Positions 1 to 15,416 of a stretch of 64,000 nucleotides of DNA are shown here, one piece after another. Position 1 is the stretch's first letter; each line of letters begins with the position of its first letter. The notes beneath the pieces were generated by a model that was given only the letters and a program-made list of their open reading frames with translations, was not told the DNA's origin and searched no databases. The stretch is from the human T2T-CHM13v2.0 reference genome, Homo sapiens, in NCBI RefSeq assembly GCF_009914755.1, contig NC_060940.1. The stretch is one strand, 5' to 3'. Made by a program: the position numbers and the translations under genes.

Positions 1-256
1 ATTCTCTTCGATGGTGATTCAATTCTATTATATTGGATGATTCCATTCGATTCCATTTGATGTTGATTCAATTCGATTCTATTCGATGATGATTCCATTG
101 GATTTCACTTGATGATTCTATTCGATTCCATTCAATGATGATTCACTTCTCGTCCATTGGATGATTCCATTTCATTCCATTCGATGATGATTTCCTTCGA
201 TTCCATGCGACGGTGAGCAATTCGATTCAATTCCATGATGATTCTATTTGATTCAA

Positions 257-3200
257 TTAGATGATGTTTCCATTCGAATCCATTCCATGATTATTCCATT
301 GGAATCCATTTGGCGATGATTCCATATGAGTCAATTCAATGATGATTCCATATGGGTCCGTTCGATGATAATTCCATTTGATTTCATTCAATGCTTCTAT
401 TCTATTCCAGTCAATGATGATTCCGTTGGAGTCCATACGATGATTCCATTTGATTTCATTTGATGATGGTTCCATTCGATGATGATTACATTGGATTCCA
501 TTCTATGATTCCATTCAATTCCATTCGTTGATGATTCGATTCCATTCAATGATGATTCCATTTGAGTTCATTCGATGATTCTATTCGATTCCGTTCGATG
601 GTGATTCAATTCTATTATATTGGATGATTCCACTCGATTCCATTTGATGATTATTCCATTGGAGTCCACTTAGTGAATCCTTTAGATTCTACTCGAAGAT
701 GATTCCATTCGAGTCCATTCCATGATACCATTCAATTTCATTCGTTGATGCTTCCATTCAAGTGCATTCGATGATATCATTCGATTCCATTTGATGATAA
801 TTCCATTTGATTCCATGCGATGATTCTATTCGATTCCATTCAATGATAATTCCATTCAATTCAGTGATTCCTCTGGACTCCATTTGATGATGATACCATT
901 CAATGATTCCATTCGATTCTATTCCAAAATGATTCCATTTGAATCCATTTGATGATGATTCCATTAGATTCCATTTGATGATTCCATTCGATTGCATTTG
1001 ACGATGATTCCATTCGATTCCATTTGATGATTCCATTCGATTCCATTTGATGATGATTGGATTCGATTCCATTTGATGATTTCATTTGATTCCATTCGTT
1101 AATGATTTCGATCAACTCCATTCGATGATTCCATTTGATTCCATTCGATAATGATTACATCCGAGTCCATTCGATGATTCCATTTGAGCCCGTTCGATAA
1201 TTCCATTTGAGTCCAATCAATGATTCCATTCATTTCCATTCAATGATTCCATTCGAGTCCATTTGATCATTCTGGTAGGGTCCGTTCGATGTTGATTCCA
1301 TTGGAGTGCATTCGATGATTCCATTCGAGTCCATTTTATGATTTGATTCGAGTCCTTTCGATGATTCCATTCGATTCCACTCGATGATGATTTCATTCGA
1401 GTCCATTCGACACTTCCAATCGATTCCATTTGATGTTTCCATTCGAGTCCAATTGATGATTCCATTCAATTCCATTCGATGATGATACCGTACGATTCCA
1501 TTCTGTGATGATTCCATGTGATTGCATTCAATGATGATTCCTTTCGACTGCATTTGATTATGATTCATTTCGTGTTCATTCTATGGTTCCACAGGTTTCC
1601 ATTCGATGACGTTTCCGTTCGTGTCCATTCCATTATTCCATTCTATTTCATTTGATGATGATTCCATTCGATTCCATTCATTGGTGATTCCACTCAATTC
1701 CATTCAATGATTCCATTCCATTTCTTTCAACAATGATTCCATTACTTTCTATTCGATGATCCACTTGATTCCATTTGGCGATGATTCCATTCGTGTCCAT
1801 TCGATGATTCCATTTGATTCCATATGATGATGATTCCATTCGATTCCATACCATGATGATTCCATTCGAGTCCATTCAATGGTGATTCCATTCAATTCCA
1901 TTCGATGATTCCTTCCGATTCCATTCGATGATGATGGCATTCGATTCCTTTCAATCATTCCCTTTGATTCCATTCAAAGGTGATTTCATTCAAGTCCATT
2001 CGATAATTGCATTCGATTCCATTCTATGATGATTCCATTCGAGTCCATTTGATGATTCCATTCAATTCAAGTCAATGATGATTCCATTTAATTCCACTCG
2101 ATGATTCCATTGGATTCAATTCGATGATGATTCCATTCAAATCCATTCGATAATTCAATTCAAGTCCATTCGATGATGATTCCAATCGAATCCATTCAAA
2201 GATTCCATTCAATTCCATTCGATGATGATTCCCTTAGATTCCATTCGATGATTCCACTTGATTCCATTTACGATGATTCCATTCGATTCCATGTGATGAA
2301 TCCATTCAATTCTATTCAATGATGTTTCCATTTGATTCCATTGGACCATGATTGCCTTTGATTCCATTCAATGATTCCATTCGGTTCCATTTGATGATGA
2401 TTCCGTTCGATTCCATTTCATTATTCCATTTGATTCCATTGGATGAGTCCATTCGATTACATTCGATGATTATTCCATTCGAGTGCATTAGATGATTGCA
2501 TTCGAGTCCATTCGATGATTCCATTCGATTCCATTCGATGTTGATTCTGTTCAAATCCATTCGATGATTCCACTCGATTCCATTCGATGACTCCATTTGA
2601 TCCCATTCGATGATTTCCTGTGATTCCCTTTGATGATCATTCTATTTGATTCAATTCGGTGATTTCATTTCATTCCATTCAGTGATGTTTCCATTCGACT
2701 GTATTCGATGATGATTCCATTCGACTCCATTCGATTATGATTTCATTCAATTCCATTCAATAATGATTCCCTTCGAGTCCATTCGATGATTCCATTCGAT
2801 TCCATTCAACGATGATTTGATTCGTTTCCATTCGATGATTCCATTTGATTCCACTTGATGATGATTCCATTCGAGTCCATTTGATGATTCCATTCGAGTC
2901 TATTTATGTATTATATTCGTGTCCACTTCATGATTCCATTCAATTCCATTTAATGTTGATTCCATTTGATTCCATTTGATGATTCAGTTCGATTCCTTGC
3001 AATGATTCCCTACGATTCCTTTCTCTGATGATTCCATTCGATTCCATTCATTGATGATTTCATTCGACTCCATTCGATGATGATTCCTTTCGATTCCATT
3101 TGACGATGTTTCCATTCGAGTCCATTCGATGATGATTCTATTCAATTCTGTTCTATTATGATTCCATTCGATTTCATTCAATGCTTCTATTTGATTCCAT

Positions 3201-6200
3201 TCGATGATGATTCCATCTCTTTCCCTTCGATGATTCCATTTGATTCCATTCAGTGATGATTCCATTTGATTCCATCTGATGATGATTTCACTTGATTCCT
3301 TTCAATGATGATTCAATTCAAGTCCATTCGATGATTCCATTGGAGTCCAAACGATCATTCCGTTCGATTCCATTCAATGGTGATTCCATTCATGTCCATT
3401 CGATGAATCCATTCAATTCCATTCGATGATGACTCCATTCGAGTACATTCGATGATTCCATTTGATTCCATTTGAAGATGATTCCATTCAATTCCATTCG
3501 AAGATGATTCCATTCAATTCCATTCGATGATGATTCCGTATGAATCCATTCTCTGATTATTCCATTCGATTCCATTCATTGACGATTCCATTCAATTCCA
3601 TTCAATGATGATTCTCTTCTATTCCATTCGATGATTCCGGTCGATTCCATTCGATGATGATTCCATTAGATTCCATTCGATTGTTGCATTCGATTCCCTT
3701 CGATGATGATTCCTTTGAATTCCATTCGATTATGATTCCGTATGAATCCATTTGATGATTATTCCATTGGATTCCTTTCGATGATGATTCCATTCGATTC
3801 CATTTGATGATGTTTCTCTTGTATTCCATTGGATAATTCCTTTCAGTTCCCTTCGATGATTATTCTTTCGAGTCAATTCGATGATTCTATTCCATTCCCT
3901 TCGATGATGATTCCATTTCACTCCATTTGATGATTCCATTCGACTCAATTTGGGGATGATTCAATTCGATGACATTCGATGACTCCATTCAATTTCATTT
4001 GATGATGATTACATTCGAGTCCATTTGATGATTGTATTCCTTTCCTTTTGATGATTATTCCATTCGTGTCTATTCAAAGGTTCCATTCTATTCCATTCAA
4101 TGATGATTGCATTTGATTCCATTCAATGATTATGGCTATCGATTCCACTCGTTGATTCCATTTGATTCCGTTCGATGATTATTCCGTTAGATTCCATTAG
4201 AAGATTCCATTCGATTTTATTCAATGATTCCAATGGATTCCATTCAATGATGATTCCATTCGACTCCATTCAGTGATTCCATTCGAGTCCATTTGATGAT
4301 TCCATTCTTTTCCATTTGATGATGATTCCATTAGGGTCCATTCAATGATTCCATTCGAGTCCATTCGTTAATGCCTTTCGAGTCCTTTTGATCACTACAT
4401 TCGAGTCCATTCAATGATTCTATTCGATTCCATTCCATGATGATTCCATTCGAGTTCATTCGATGATTGCATTCGAGTCCATTTGATGATTCCATATGAT
4501 TCCATTCGACAATGATTCCATTCGTGTCCATTTGATGATTCCATTCATTTCCTATCGATGAAGATTCCATTCAAGTGTATTCGATGATTCCATTCAAATC
4601 CATTCGATGATGATTCCATTCCAGTCCATTCGATCATTCCACTTGATTCCATTTGATGACTATTCCATTCAAATCCATTTGATGATTCCATTCGATTCCA
4701 TTCGATGTTACCATTCGAGTATATATGATGATTCCACTCGATTCCATTTGATGATTATTCCATTGGAGTCCACTTAGTGAATCCTTTAGATTCTACTGGA
4801 AGATGATTCCATTCGAGTCCATTCGATGATACCATTCAATTCCATTCGTTGATGCTTCCATTCAAGTGCATTCGATGATATCATTCGATTCCATTTGATG
4901 ATAATTCCATTTGATTCCATGCGATGATTCTATTCGATTCCATTCAATGATAATTCCATTCAATTCAGTGATTCCTCTGGACTCCATTTGATGATGATTC
5001 CATTCAATGATTCCATTCGATTCTATTCGAAAATGATTCCATTTGAATCCATTTGATGATGATTCCATTGGATTCCATTTGATGATTCCATTCGATTCCA
5101 TTCGATGATGATTCCATTCGATTCCTTTTGATGAATCCATTCTATTGTATTCGATGATGATTCCATTCGATTCCATTCGATGATGATTGGATTCGATTCC
5201 ATTTGATGATTTCATTTGATTCCATTCGATAAGGATTTCGATCAATTCCATTCAATGATTCCATTCGATTCCATTCGATAATGATTACATCCGAGTCCAT
5301 TCGATGATTCCATTTGAGCCCGTTCGATAATTCCATTTGAGTCCAATCAATGATTCCATTCATTTCCATTCAATGATTCCATTCGAGTCCATTTGATCAT
5401 TCCGGTAGGGTCCGTTCGATGTTGATTCCATTGGAGTGCATTCGATGATTCCATTCGAGTCCATTTTATGATTTGATTCGAGTCCTTTCGATGATTCCAT
5501 TCGATTCCACTCGATGATTTCATTCGAGGCCATTCGACACTTCCAATCGATTCCATTTGATGTTTCCATTCGATTCCAATTGATGATTCCATTCAATTCC
5601 ATTCGATGATGATTCCGTACGATTCCATTCTGTGATGATTCCATGTGATTGCATTCAATGATGATTCCTTTCGATTGCATTCGATTATGATTCATTTCGT
5701 GTTCATTCTATGGTTCCACAGGTTTCCATTCGATGATGTTTCCATTCGTGTCCATTCCATTATTCCATTCTATTCCATTTGAAGATGATTCCATTCGATT
5801 CCATTCATTGGTGATTCCACTCAATTCCATTCAATGATTCCATTCCATTTCTTTCAACAATGATTCCATTAGTTTCTATTCGATGATCCACTTGATTCCA
5901 TTTGACGATGATTCCATTCGTGTCCATTTGATGATTCCATTTGATTCCATATGATGATGATTCCATTCGATTCCATACGATGATGATTCCATTCGAGTCC
6001 ATTCAATGGTGATTCCATTCAATTCCATTCGATGATTCCTTTCGATTCCATTCAATGATGATGGCATTCGATTCCTTTCGATCATTCCCTTTGATTCCAT
6101 TCAAAGGTGATTTCATTCAAGTCCATTCGATAATTGCATTCGATTCCATTCTATGATGATTCCATTCGAGTCCATTTGATGATTCCATTCAATTCAAGTC

Positions 6201-9200
6201 AATGATGATTCCATTCGATTCCACTCGATGATTCCATTGGATTCCATTCGATGATGATTCCATTCAAATCCATTCGATAATTCAATTCAAGTCCATTCGA
6301 TGATGATTCCAATCGAATCCATTCAAAGATTCCACTCAATTCCATTCGATGATGATTCCCTTAGATTCCATTCGATGATTCCACTTGATTCCATTTACGA
6401 TGATTCCATTCGATTCCATGTGATGATTCCATTCAATTCTATTCAATGATGTTTCCACTTGATTCCATTCGAACATGATTGCCTTTGATTCCATTCAATG
6501 ATTCCATACGGTTCCATTTGATGATGATTCCATTCGAGTCCATTCGATGATTCCATTAGAGTACATTTAATGATTGCTTTGTTTTCAATTCGAAGATGAT
6601 TACATTGGATTCCATTCTATGATACCATTCGATTCCATTCAATGATGATTCCACTCAAATCCATTGGATGATTCCATTCGTGTCCATTCGGTGATTTCAT
6701 TAGATTCCATTCGAGGATGATTCCATTCGATTCCATTCGATGATTCCATTCAATTCCATTCGATGATGATTCCATTCCAGTCCATATGATCATTCCATTT
6801 GATTTCATTCGATGATGATTCCATTCGATTCCATTCGATGATTCCATTCAATTCCATTCTCCGATGATTTCTTTTGAGCCCATTCAATGCTTCCACTCGA
6901 TTCCATATGATGATGACTCCATTTGATGAAATTCCATGATGATTCCATTCGCTTGCATTCGATGATGATTCCACTTGAGTCCGTTAGAAGATTCTATTCA
7001 ATTACATTCCATGACGATTCTGTTCGAGTCCATTTGATGATTCCATTAGACTCCATTCGACGATGATTCCATTCGATGTTATTCGATGATGATTCCATTC
7101 AACTCCATTCGATGTTTCCATTCGAGTTCATTCTATTATTCCATTAGATTCCATTCGATGATGATTCCATTCGATTCCATTTGATGATTGCATTCTATTT
7201 CATTTGATGATGATTCCATTCGAGTCCATTCGATGATTCCATTCGAGTCCCTTTAATGAATCCATTGGTTTCAATTCTATGATGATTACATTGGATTCCA
7301 TTCGTTGATGATTTGATTCGATTCCATTCAATGATGATTCCATTCAATTCCATTCAATGATTCCATTCAATTCCATACGATGATGATTCCATTTGATTTG
7401 ATTCGACAGTGAGCCATTCGATTCAATTCCATGATGATTCTATTTGATTCTATTGGTTGACATTTCCATTCGATTCCATTCGATGATGATTCCATTTGAT
7501 TCCATTCAAAGATGATTCCATTCTAGCCCATTCAATCATTCCATTCGATTCTATTCAATGATGATTCCATTCATGTCGATTTGGTGATTCCATTTGACTT
7601 CATTTGATGTTGATTCCTTTCAAGTTCATTAGATGATTCCATTCGATTCCATTTGATGATGATCCCATTCGAGTCCATTCAGTGATTCCACTCGTTTCCA
7701 TTCCATGATGATTCCATTCCATTCCATTCAATGATTCCATTCGATTCCGTTTGATGATGATTTCATTCGAGTCCATTTGATGATTCCATTTGATTCCATT
7801 CGATGATGATTACATTCGAGTCCATACGATGATTCCACTCAATTCCATATGATGATGATTCCATTCGATTCCATTCGATGATTCCATTCTATTCTATTCA
7901 ATGGTGATTCCCTTCGAGTACATTAGATGATTCCATTCGATTCCATTCAATGATGATTCTATTTGTGTCCCTTAGATGGTTCCACATGATTCCATTTCAT
8001 GATGATACTATTTGAGCCCATCCAATGATTCCCTTCGATTCCATTCGATGAGGATTCCATTCGATTCAATTCATTGGTGATTCTATTCAATTCAATTCTT
8101 TGATTCCATTCCATTCCATTCGACAATGATTCCATTCGATTTCTTTCGATGATTCCACTCGATTCCACTTGACATTGATTCCCTTCGATTCCATTCAATG
8201 ATTCCATTTGATTCCAGTGGATGATGATTGCCATCGATTCCATTCGATCACTCCATTCTATTCCATTTGATGATGATTACATTCGATTCCATTTGACGAT
8301 TCCATCTGATTCTATTCGAGGATTCCATTTGATTCCATTCGATGATGATTCCCTTCGAGTCCATTCGATGATTTCATTCGAGTACATCCAATGATTCCAT
8401 TCGAGTCCATTTGATGATTCCATTTGATTCCATTTGATAATGATTCTACTAGAGTCCATTCAATGACTCCATTGGAGTCCATTCAACAATTCCATTCGAC
8501 TCCATTTGATGATTCCATTCGATTCCATTTGATGATTCCATTCGAGTCCATTTAATCATTACAGTCGAGTCCATTTGGTGATTCCACCAGATTTCCTTTG
8601 ATAATGATACCATTCAATTACATTTGATGATGATCCCATTCAATTTCATTTGATGGTGATTCCATTAGAGTCCACACGATGATTTCATTCGAGTCCCTTC
8701 ATTGATTCCATACGATTTCATTGGATGATGACTCCATTCGAGTCCATTCGATGATTCCACTCGATTCCATTAGATGATTCCATTGGAGTCCATTTGATTG
8801 TTCCATTCGATTCCATTCGATTCCTTTCGAAGATTATTCCATTTGAGTCCATTCGATGATGATTCCATTCCATTCCATTCGATGATTCCTTTTGATTCCA
8901 TTCGATGATTCCCTTCGATTCCTTTCTTTGATGATTCCATTCCATTCCATTCAATGATTCCATTCGAATCTATTCCATGATGATTCCTTTCGATTCCATT
9001 CGCTGATGTTTCCGTTCAATTCCATTCGATGATGATTCCATTCGATTCCATTCATTGAGGATTCCATTTGATTCCATTCAATGATGATTCCGTTCTATTC
9101 CATTCAATGATTGCATTCAATTCCATTCAATGATTATCCCCTTAGAGTAAACTCAACGATTCCATTCAATACCATTCGATGATGATTCCTTTTGACTCCA

Positions 9201-10122
9201 TTCAATGATTTCATTCAAGTCCATTTGATGATTCCTTTCAATTCCATTCTATGATGATTCCATTCGAGTCCATTCGATGATTCCATTCGATTGCATTCGA
9301 TTATTCCATTATATTCCAGTCAACGATGATTCCATTCGAGTCCATTCGATGATTCCATTAGAGTACATTTAATGATTGCTTTGTTTTCAATTCGAAGATG
9401 ATTACATTGGATTCCATTCTATGATACCATTCGATTCCATTCAATGATGATTCCACTCAAATCCATTGGATGATTCCATTCGTGTCCATTCGGTGATTTC
9501 ATTAGATTCCATTCGAGGATGATTCCATTCGATTCCATTCGATGATTCCATTCAATTCCATTCGATGATGATTCCATTCCAGTCCATATGATCATTCCAT
9601 TTGATTTCATTCGATGATGATTCCATTCGATTCCATTTGATGATTCCATTCTATTCCATTCGATGATGATTCCATTCGAGTCCATTCGATGATTCCATTC
9701 GAGTCCATTTAATGATTCCATTGGGTTCAATTCAATGATGATTACATTGGATTCCGTTCTATGATTCCATTCAATTCCGTTCATTGACAATTTGATTCCA
9801 TTCGATGATGATTCCATTTGAGTTCATTCGATGATTCTATTCGATTCTCTTCGATGGTGATTCAATTCTATTATATTGGATGATTCCATTCGATTCCATT
9901 TGATGTTGATTCAATTCGATTCTATTCGATGATGATTCCATTGGATTTCACTTGATGATTCTATTCGATTCCATTCAATGATGATTCACTTCTCGTCCAT
10001 TGGATGATTCCATTTCATTCCATTCGATGATGATTCCATTCGATTCCATTCGATGATTCCATTTGATTCCATGTGACGGTGAGCAATTCGATTCAATTCC
10101 ATGATGATTCTATTTGATTCAA
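257..10122 (+). repeat. Composite unit A (9866 bp): ~4.1-kb variant unit followed by a deleted/rearranged 6.1-kb-type unit
   Basis: The landmark 'tgattcaattagatgatgtttcc' (ORF at 257) recurs at 10123. Internal re-occurrence of ORFs 758->4862 (4104) and 1217->5347 (4130). Confidence 0.85.
2896..4726 (+). repeat. Variant HSat2 segment X (~1.83 kb), copy 1
   Basis: Begins 'gagtctatttatgtattatattcgtg' and contains 'cagttcgattccttgcaatg', 'ccatctctttcccttcg' and 'ccgtatgaatcc'. These words are absent from the 6.1-kb units at 32.8-63 kb. Confidence 0.8.
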
Positions 10123-12787
10123 TTAGATGATGTTTCCATTCGAATCCATTCCATGATTATTCCATTGGAATCCATTTGGCGATGATTCCATATGAGTCAA
10201 TTCAATGATGATTCCATATGGGTCCGTTCGATGATAATTCCATTTGATTTCATTCAATGCTTCTATTCTATTCCAGTCGATGATGATTCCGTTGGAGTCC
10301 ATACGATGTTTCCATTTGATTTCATTTGATGATGATTCCATTCGATGATGATTACATTGGATTCCATTCTATGATTCCATTCAATTCCATTCGTTGATGA
10401 TTCGATTCCATTCAATGATGATTCCATTTGAGTTCATTCGATGATTCTATTCGATTCCGTTCGATGGTGATTCAATTCTATTATATTGGATGATTCCCCT
10501 CTATTCCATTTGATGATTATTCCATTGGAGTCCACTTAGTGAATCCTTTAGATTCTACTCGAAGATGATTCCATTCGAGTCCATTCAATGATACCATTCA
10601 ATTTCATTCGTTGATGCTTCCATTCAAGTGCATTCGATGATATCATTCGATTCCATTTGATGATAATTCCATTTGATTCCATGCGATGATTCTATTCGAT
10701 TCCATTCAATGATAATTCCATTCAATTCAGTGATTCCTCTGGACTCCATTTGATGATGATTCCATTCAATGATTCCATTCGATTCTATTCCAAAATGATT
10801 CCATTTGAATCCATTTGATGATGATTCCATTAGATTCCATTTGATGATTCCATTCGATTGCCTTTGACGATGATTCCATTCGATTCCATTTGATGATTCC
10901 ATTCTATTCTATTCGATGATGATTCCATTCGATTCCATTTGATGATGATTGGATTCGATTCCATTTGATGATTTCATTTGATTCCATTCTTTAATGATTT
11001 CGATCAATTCCATTCGATGATTCCATTTGATTCCATTCGATAATGATTACATCCGAGTCCATTCGATGATTCCATTTGAGCCCGTTCGATAATTCCATTT
11101 GAGTCCAATCAATGATTCCATTCATTTCCATTCAATGATTCCATTCGAGTCCATTTGATCATTCTGGTAGGGTCCGTTCGATGTTGATTCCATTGGAGTG
11201 CATTCGATAATTCCATTCGAGTCCATTTTATGATTTGATTCGAGTCCTTTCGATGATTCCATTCGATTCCACTCGAAGATGATTTCATTCGAGTCCATTC
11301 GACACTTCCAATCGATTCCATTTGATGTTTCCATTCGAGTCCAATTGATGATTCCATTCAATTCCATTCGATGATGATTCCGTACGATTCCATTCTGTGA
11401 TGATTCCATGTGATTGCATTCAATGATGATTCCTTTCGATTGCATTCGATTATGATTCATTTCGTGTTCATTCTATGGTTCCACAGGTTTCCATTCGATG
11501 ACGTTTCCGTTCGTGTCCATTCCATTATTCCATTCTATTTCATTTGATGATGATTCCATTCGATTCCATTCATTGGTGATTCCACTCAATTCCATTCAAT
11601 GATTCCATTCCATTTCTTTCAACAATGATTCCATTAGTTTCTATTCGACGATCCACTTGATTCCATTTGGCGATGATTCCATTCGTGTCCATTCGATGAT
11701 TCCATTTGATTCCATATGAGGATGATTCCATTCGATTCCATACCATGATGATTCCATTCGAGTCCATTCAATGGTGATTCCATTCAATTCCATTCGATGA
11801 TTCCTTCCGATTCCATTCGATGATGATAGCATTCGATTCCTTTCAATCATTCCCTTTGATTCCATTCAAAGGTGATTTCATTCAAGTCCATTCGATAATT
11901 GCATTCGATTCCATTCTATGATGATTCCATTCGAGTCCATTTGATGATTCCATTCAATTCAAGTCAATGATGATTCCATTCAATTCCACTCGATGATTCC
12001 AGTGGATTCCATTCGATGATGATTCCATTCAAATCCATTCGATAATTCAATTCAAGTCCATTCGATGATGATTCCAATCGAATCCATTCAAAGATTCCAT
12101 TCAATTCCATTCGATGATGATTCCCTTAGATTCCATTCGATGATTCCACTTGATTCCATTTACGATGATTCCATTCGATTCCATGTGATGAATCCATTCA
12201 ATTCTATTCAATGATGTTTCCATTTGATTCCATTGGACCATGATTGCCTTTGATTCCATTCAATGATTCCATTCGGTTCCATTTGATGATGATTCCGTTC
12301 GATTCCATTTCATTATTCCATTTGATTCCATTGGATGAGTCCATTCGATTACATTCGATGATTATTCCATTCGAGTGCATTAGATGATTGCATTCGAGTC
12401 CATTCGATGATTCCATTCGATTCCATTCGATGTTGATTCTGTTCAAATCCATTCGATGATTCCACTCGATTCCAATCGATGACTCCATTTGATCCCATTC
12501 GATGATTTCCTGTGATTCCCTTTGATGATCATTCTATTTGATTCAATTCGGTGATTTCATTTCATTCCATTCAGTGATGTTTCCATTCGACTGTATTCGA
12601 TGATGATTCCATTCGACTCCATTCGATTATGATTTCATTCAATTCCATTCAATAATGATTCCCTTCGAGTCCATTCGATGATTCCATTCGATTCCATTCA
12701 ACGATGATTTGATTCGTTTCCATTCGATGATTCCATTTGATTCCACTTGATGATGATTCCATTCGAGTCCATTTGATGATTCCATTC

Positions 12788-14618
12788 GAGTCTATTTATG
12801 TATTATATTCGTGTCCACTTCATGATTCCATTCAATTCCATTTAATGTTGATTCCATTTGATTCCATTTGATGATTCAGTTCGATTCCTTGCAATGATTC
12901 CCTACGATTCCTTTCTCTGATGATTCCATTCGATTCCATTCATTGATGATTTCATTCGACTCCATTCGATGATGATTCCTTTCGATTCCATTTGACGATG
13001 TTTCCATTCGAGTCCATTCGATGATGATTCTATTCAATTCTGTTCTATTATGATTCCATTCGATTTCATTCAATGCTTCTATTTGATTCCATTCGATGAT
13101 GATTCCATCTCTTTCCCTTCGATGATTCCATTTGATTCCATTCAGTGATGATTCCATTTGATTCCATCTGATGATGATTTCACTTGATTCCTTTCAATGA
13201 TGATTCAATTCAAGTCCATTCGATGATTCCATTGGAGTCCAAACGATCATTCCGTTCGATTCCATTCAATGGTGATTCCATTCATGTCCATTCGATGAAT
13301 CCATTCAATTCCATTCGATGATGACTCCATTCGAGTACATTCGATGATTCCATTTGATTCCATTTGAAGATGATTCCATTCAATTCCATTCGAAGATGAT
13401 TCCATTCAATTCCATTCGATGATGATTCCGTATGAATCCATTCTCTGATTATTCCATTCGATTCCATTCATTGACGATTCCATTCAATTCCATTCAATGA
13501 TGATTCTCTTCTCTTCCATTCGATGATTCCGGTCGATTCCATTCGATGATGATTCCATTAGATTCCATTCGATTGTTGCATTCGATTCCCTTCGATGATG
13601 ATTCCTTTGAATTCCATTCGATTATCATTCCGTATGAATCCATTTGATGATTATTCCATTGGATTCCTTTCGATGATGATTCCATTCGATTCCATTTGAT
13701 GATGTTTCTCTTGTATTCCATTGGATAATTCCTTTCCGTTCCCTTCGATGATTATTCTTTCGAGTCAATTCGATGATTCTATTCCATTCCCTTCGATGAT
13801 GATTCCATTTCACTCCATTTGATGATTCCATTCGACTCAATTTGGTGATGATTCAATTCGATGACATTCGATGACTCCATTCAATTTCATTTGATGATGA
13901 TTACATTCGAGTCCATTTGATGATTGTATTCCTTTCCTTTTGATGATTATTCCATTCGTGTCTATTCAAAGGTTCCATTCTATTCCATTCAATGATGATT
14001 GCATTTGATTCCATTCAATGATTATGGCTATCGATTCCACTCGTTGATTCCATTTGATTCCGTTCGATGATTATTCCGTTAGATTCCATTAGAAGATTCC
14101 ATTCGATTTTATTCAATGATTCCAATGGATTCCATTCAATGATGATTCCATTCGACTCCATTCAGTGATTCCATTCGAGTCCATTTGATGATTCCATTCT
14201 TTTCCATTTGATGATGATTCCATTAGGGTCCATTCAATGATTCCATTCGAGTCCATTCGTTAATGCCTTTCGAGTCCTTTTGATCACTACATTCGAGTCC
14301 ATTCAATGATTCTATTCGATTCCATTCCATGATGATTCCATTCGAGTTCATTCGATGATTGCATTCGAGTCCATTTGATGATTCCATATGATTCCATTCG
14401 ACAATGATTCCATTCGTGTCCATTTGATGATTCCATTCATTTCCTATCGATGAAGATTCCATTCAAGTGTATTCGATGATTCCATTCAAATCCATTCGAT
14501 GATGATTCCATTCCAGTCCATTCGATCATTCCACTTGATTCCATTTGATGACTATTCCATTCAAATCCATTTGATGATTCCATTCGATTCCATTCGATGT
14601 TACCATTCGAGTATATAC
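12788..14618 (+). repeat. Variant HSat2 segment X, copy 2
   Basis: Near-identical to 2896-4726 at offset 9892 (ORFs 2984/12876, 3390/13282, 4331/14223). Confidence 0.8.
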
Positions 14619-14920
14619 GATGATTCCACTCGATTCCATTTGATGATTATTCCATTGGAGTCCACTTAGTGAATCCTTTAGATTCTACTGGAAGATGATT
14701 CCATTCGAGTCCATTCGATGATACCATTCAATTCCATTCGTTGATGCTTCCATTCAAGTGCATTCGATGATATCATTCGATTCCATTTGATGATAATTCC
14801 ATTTGATTCCATGCGATGATTCTATTCGATTCCATTCAATGATAATTCCATTCAATTCAGTGATTCCTCTGGACTCCATTTGATGATGATTCCATTCAAT
14901 GATTCCATTCGATTATATTC

Positions 14921-15416
14921 GAAAATGATTCCATTTGAATCCATTTGATGATGATTCCATTAGATTCAATTTGATGATTCCATTCGATTCCATTCGACGA
15001 TGATTCCATTCGATTCCTTTTGATGAATCCATTCTATTGTATTCGATGATGATTCCATTCGATTCCATTCGATGATGATTGGATTCGATTCCATTTTATG
15101 ATTTCATTTGATTCCATACGATAATGATTTCGATCAATTCCATTCAATGATTCCATTCGATTCCATTCGAAAATGATTCCATTTGAATCCATTTGATGAT
15201 GATTCCATTGGATTCCATTTGATGATTCCATTCGATTCCATTCGATGATGATTCCATTCGATTCCTTTTGATGAATCCATTCTATTGTATTCGATGATGA
15301 TTCCATTCGATTCCATTCGATGATGATTGGATTCGATTCCATTTGATGATTTCATTTGATTCCATTCGATAATGATTTCGATCAATTCCATTCGATGATT
15401 CCATTCGATTCCATTC
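14921..15416 (+). repeat. 248-bp tandem duplication within unit B
   Basis: 'gaaaatgattccatttgaatcc' at 14921 and 15169; ORFs 15034 and 15282 differ by 248; the A-B offset jumps from 9892 to 10140. Confidence 0.85.

Noticed and set aside
2896-4726. Segment X as a transposon or foreign insertion
   Set aside because: It is still CATTC/GATGAT satellite throughout, with no poly(A) tail, target-site duplication, terminal repeats or Alu/L1-like sequence.
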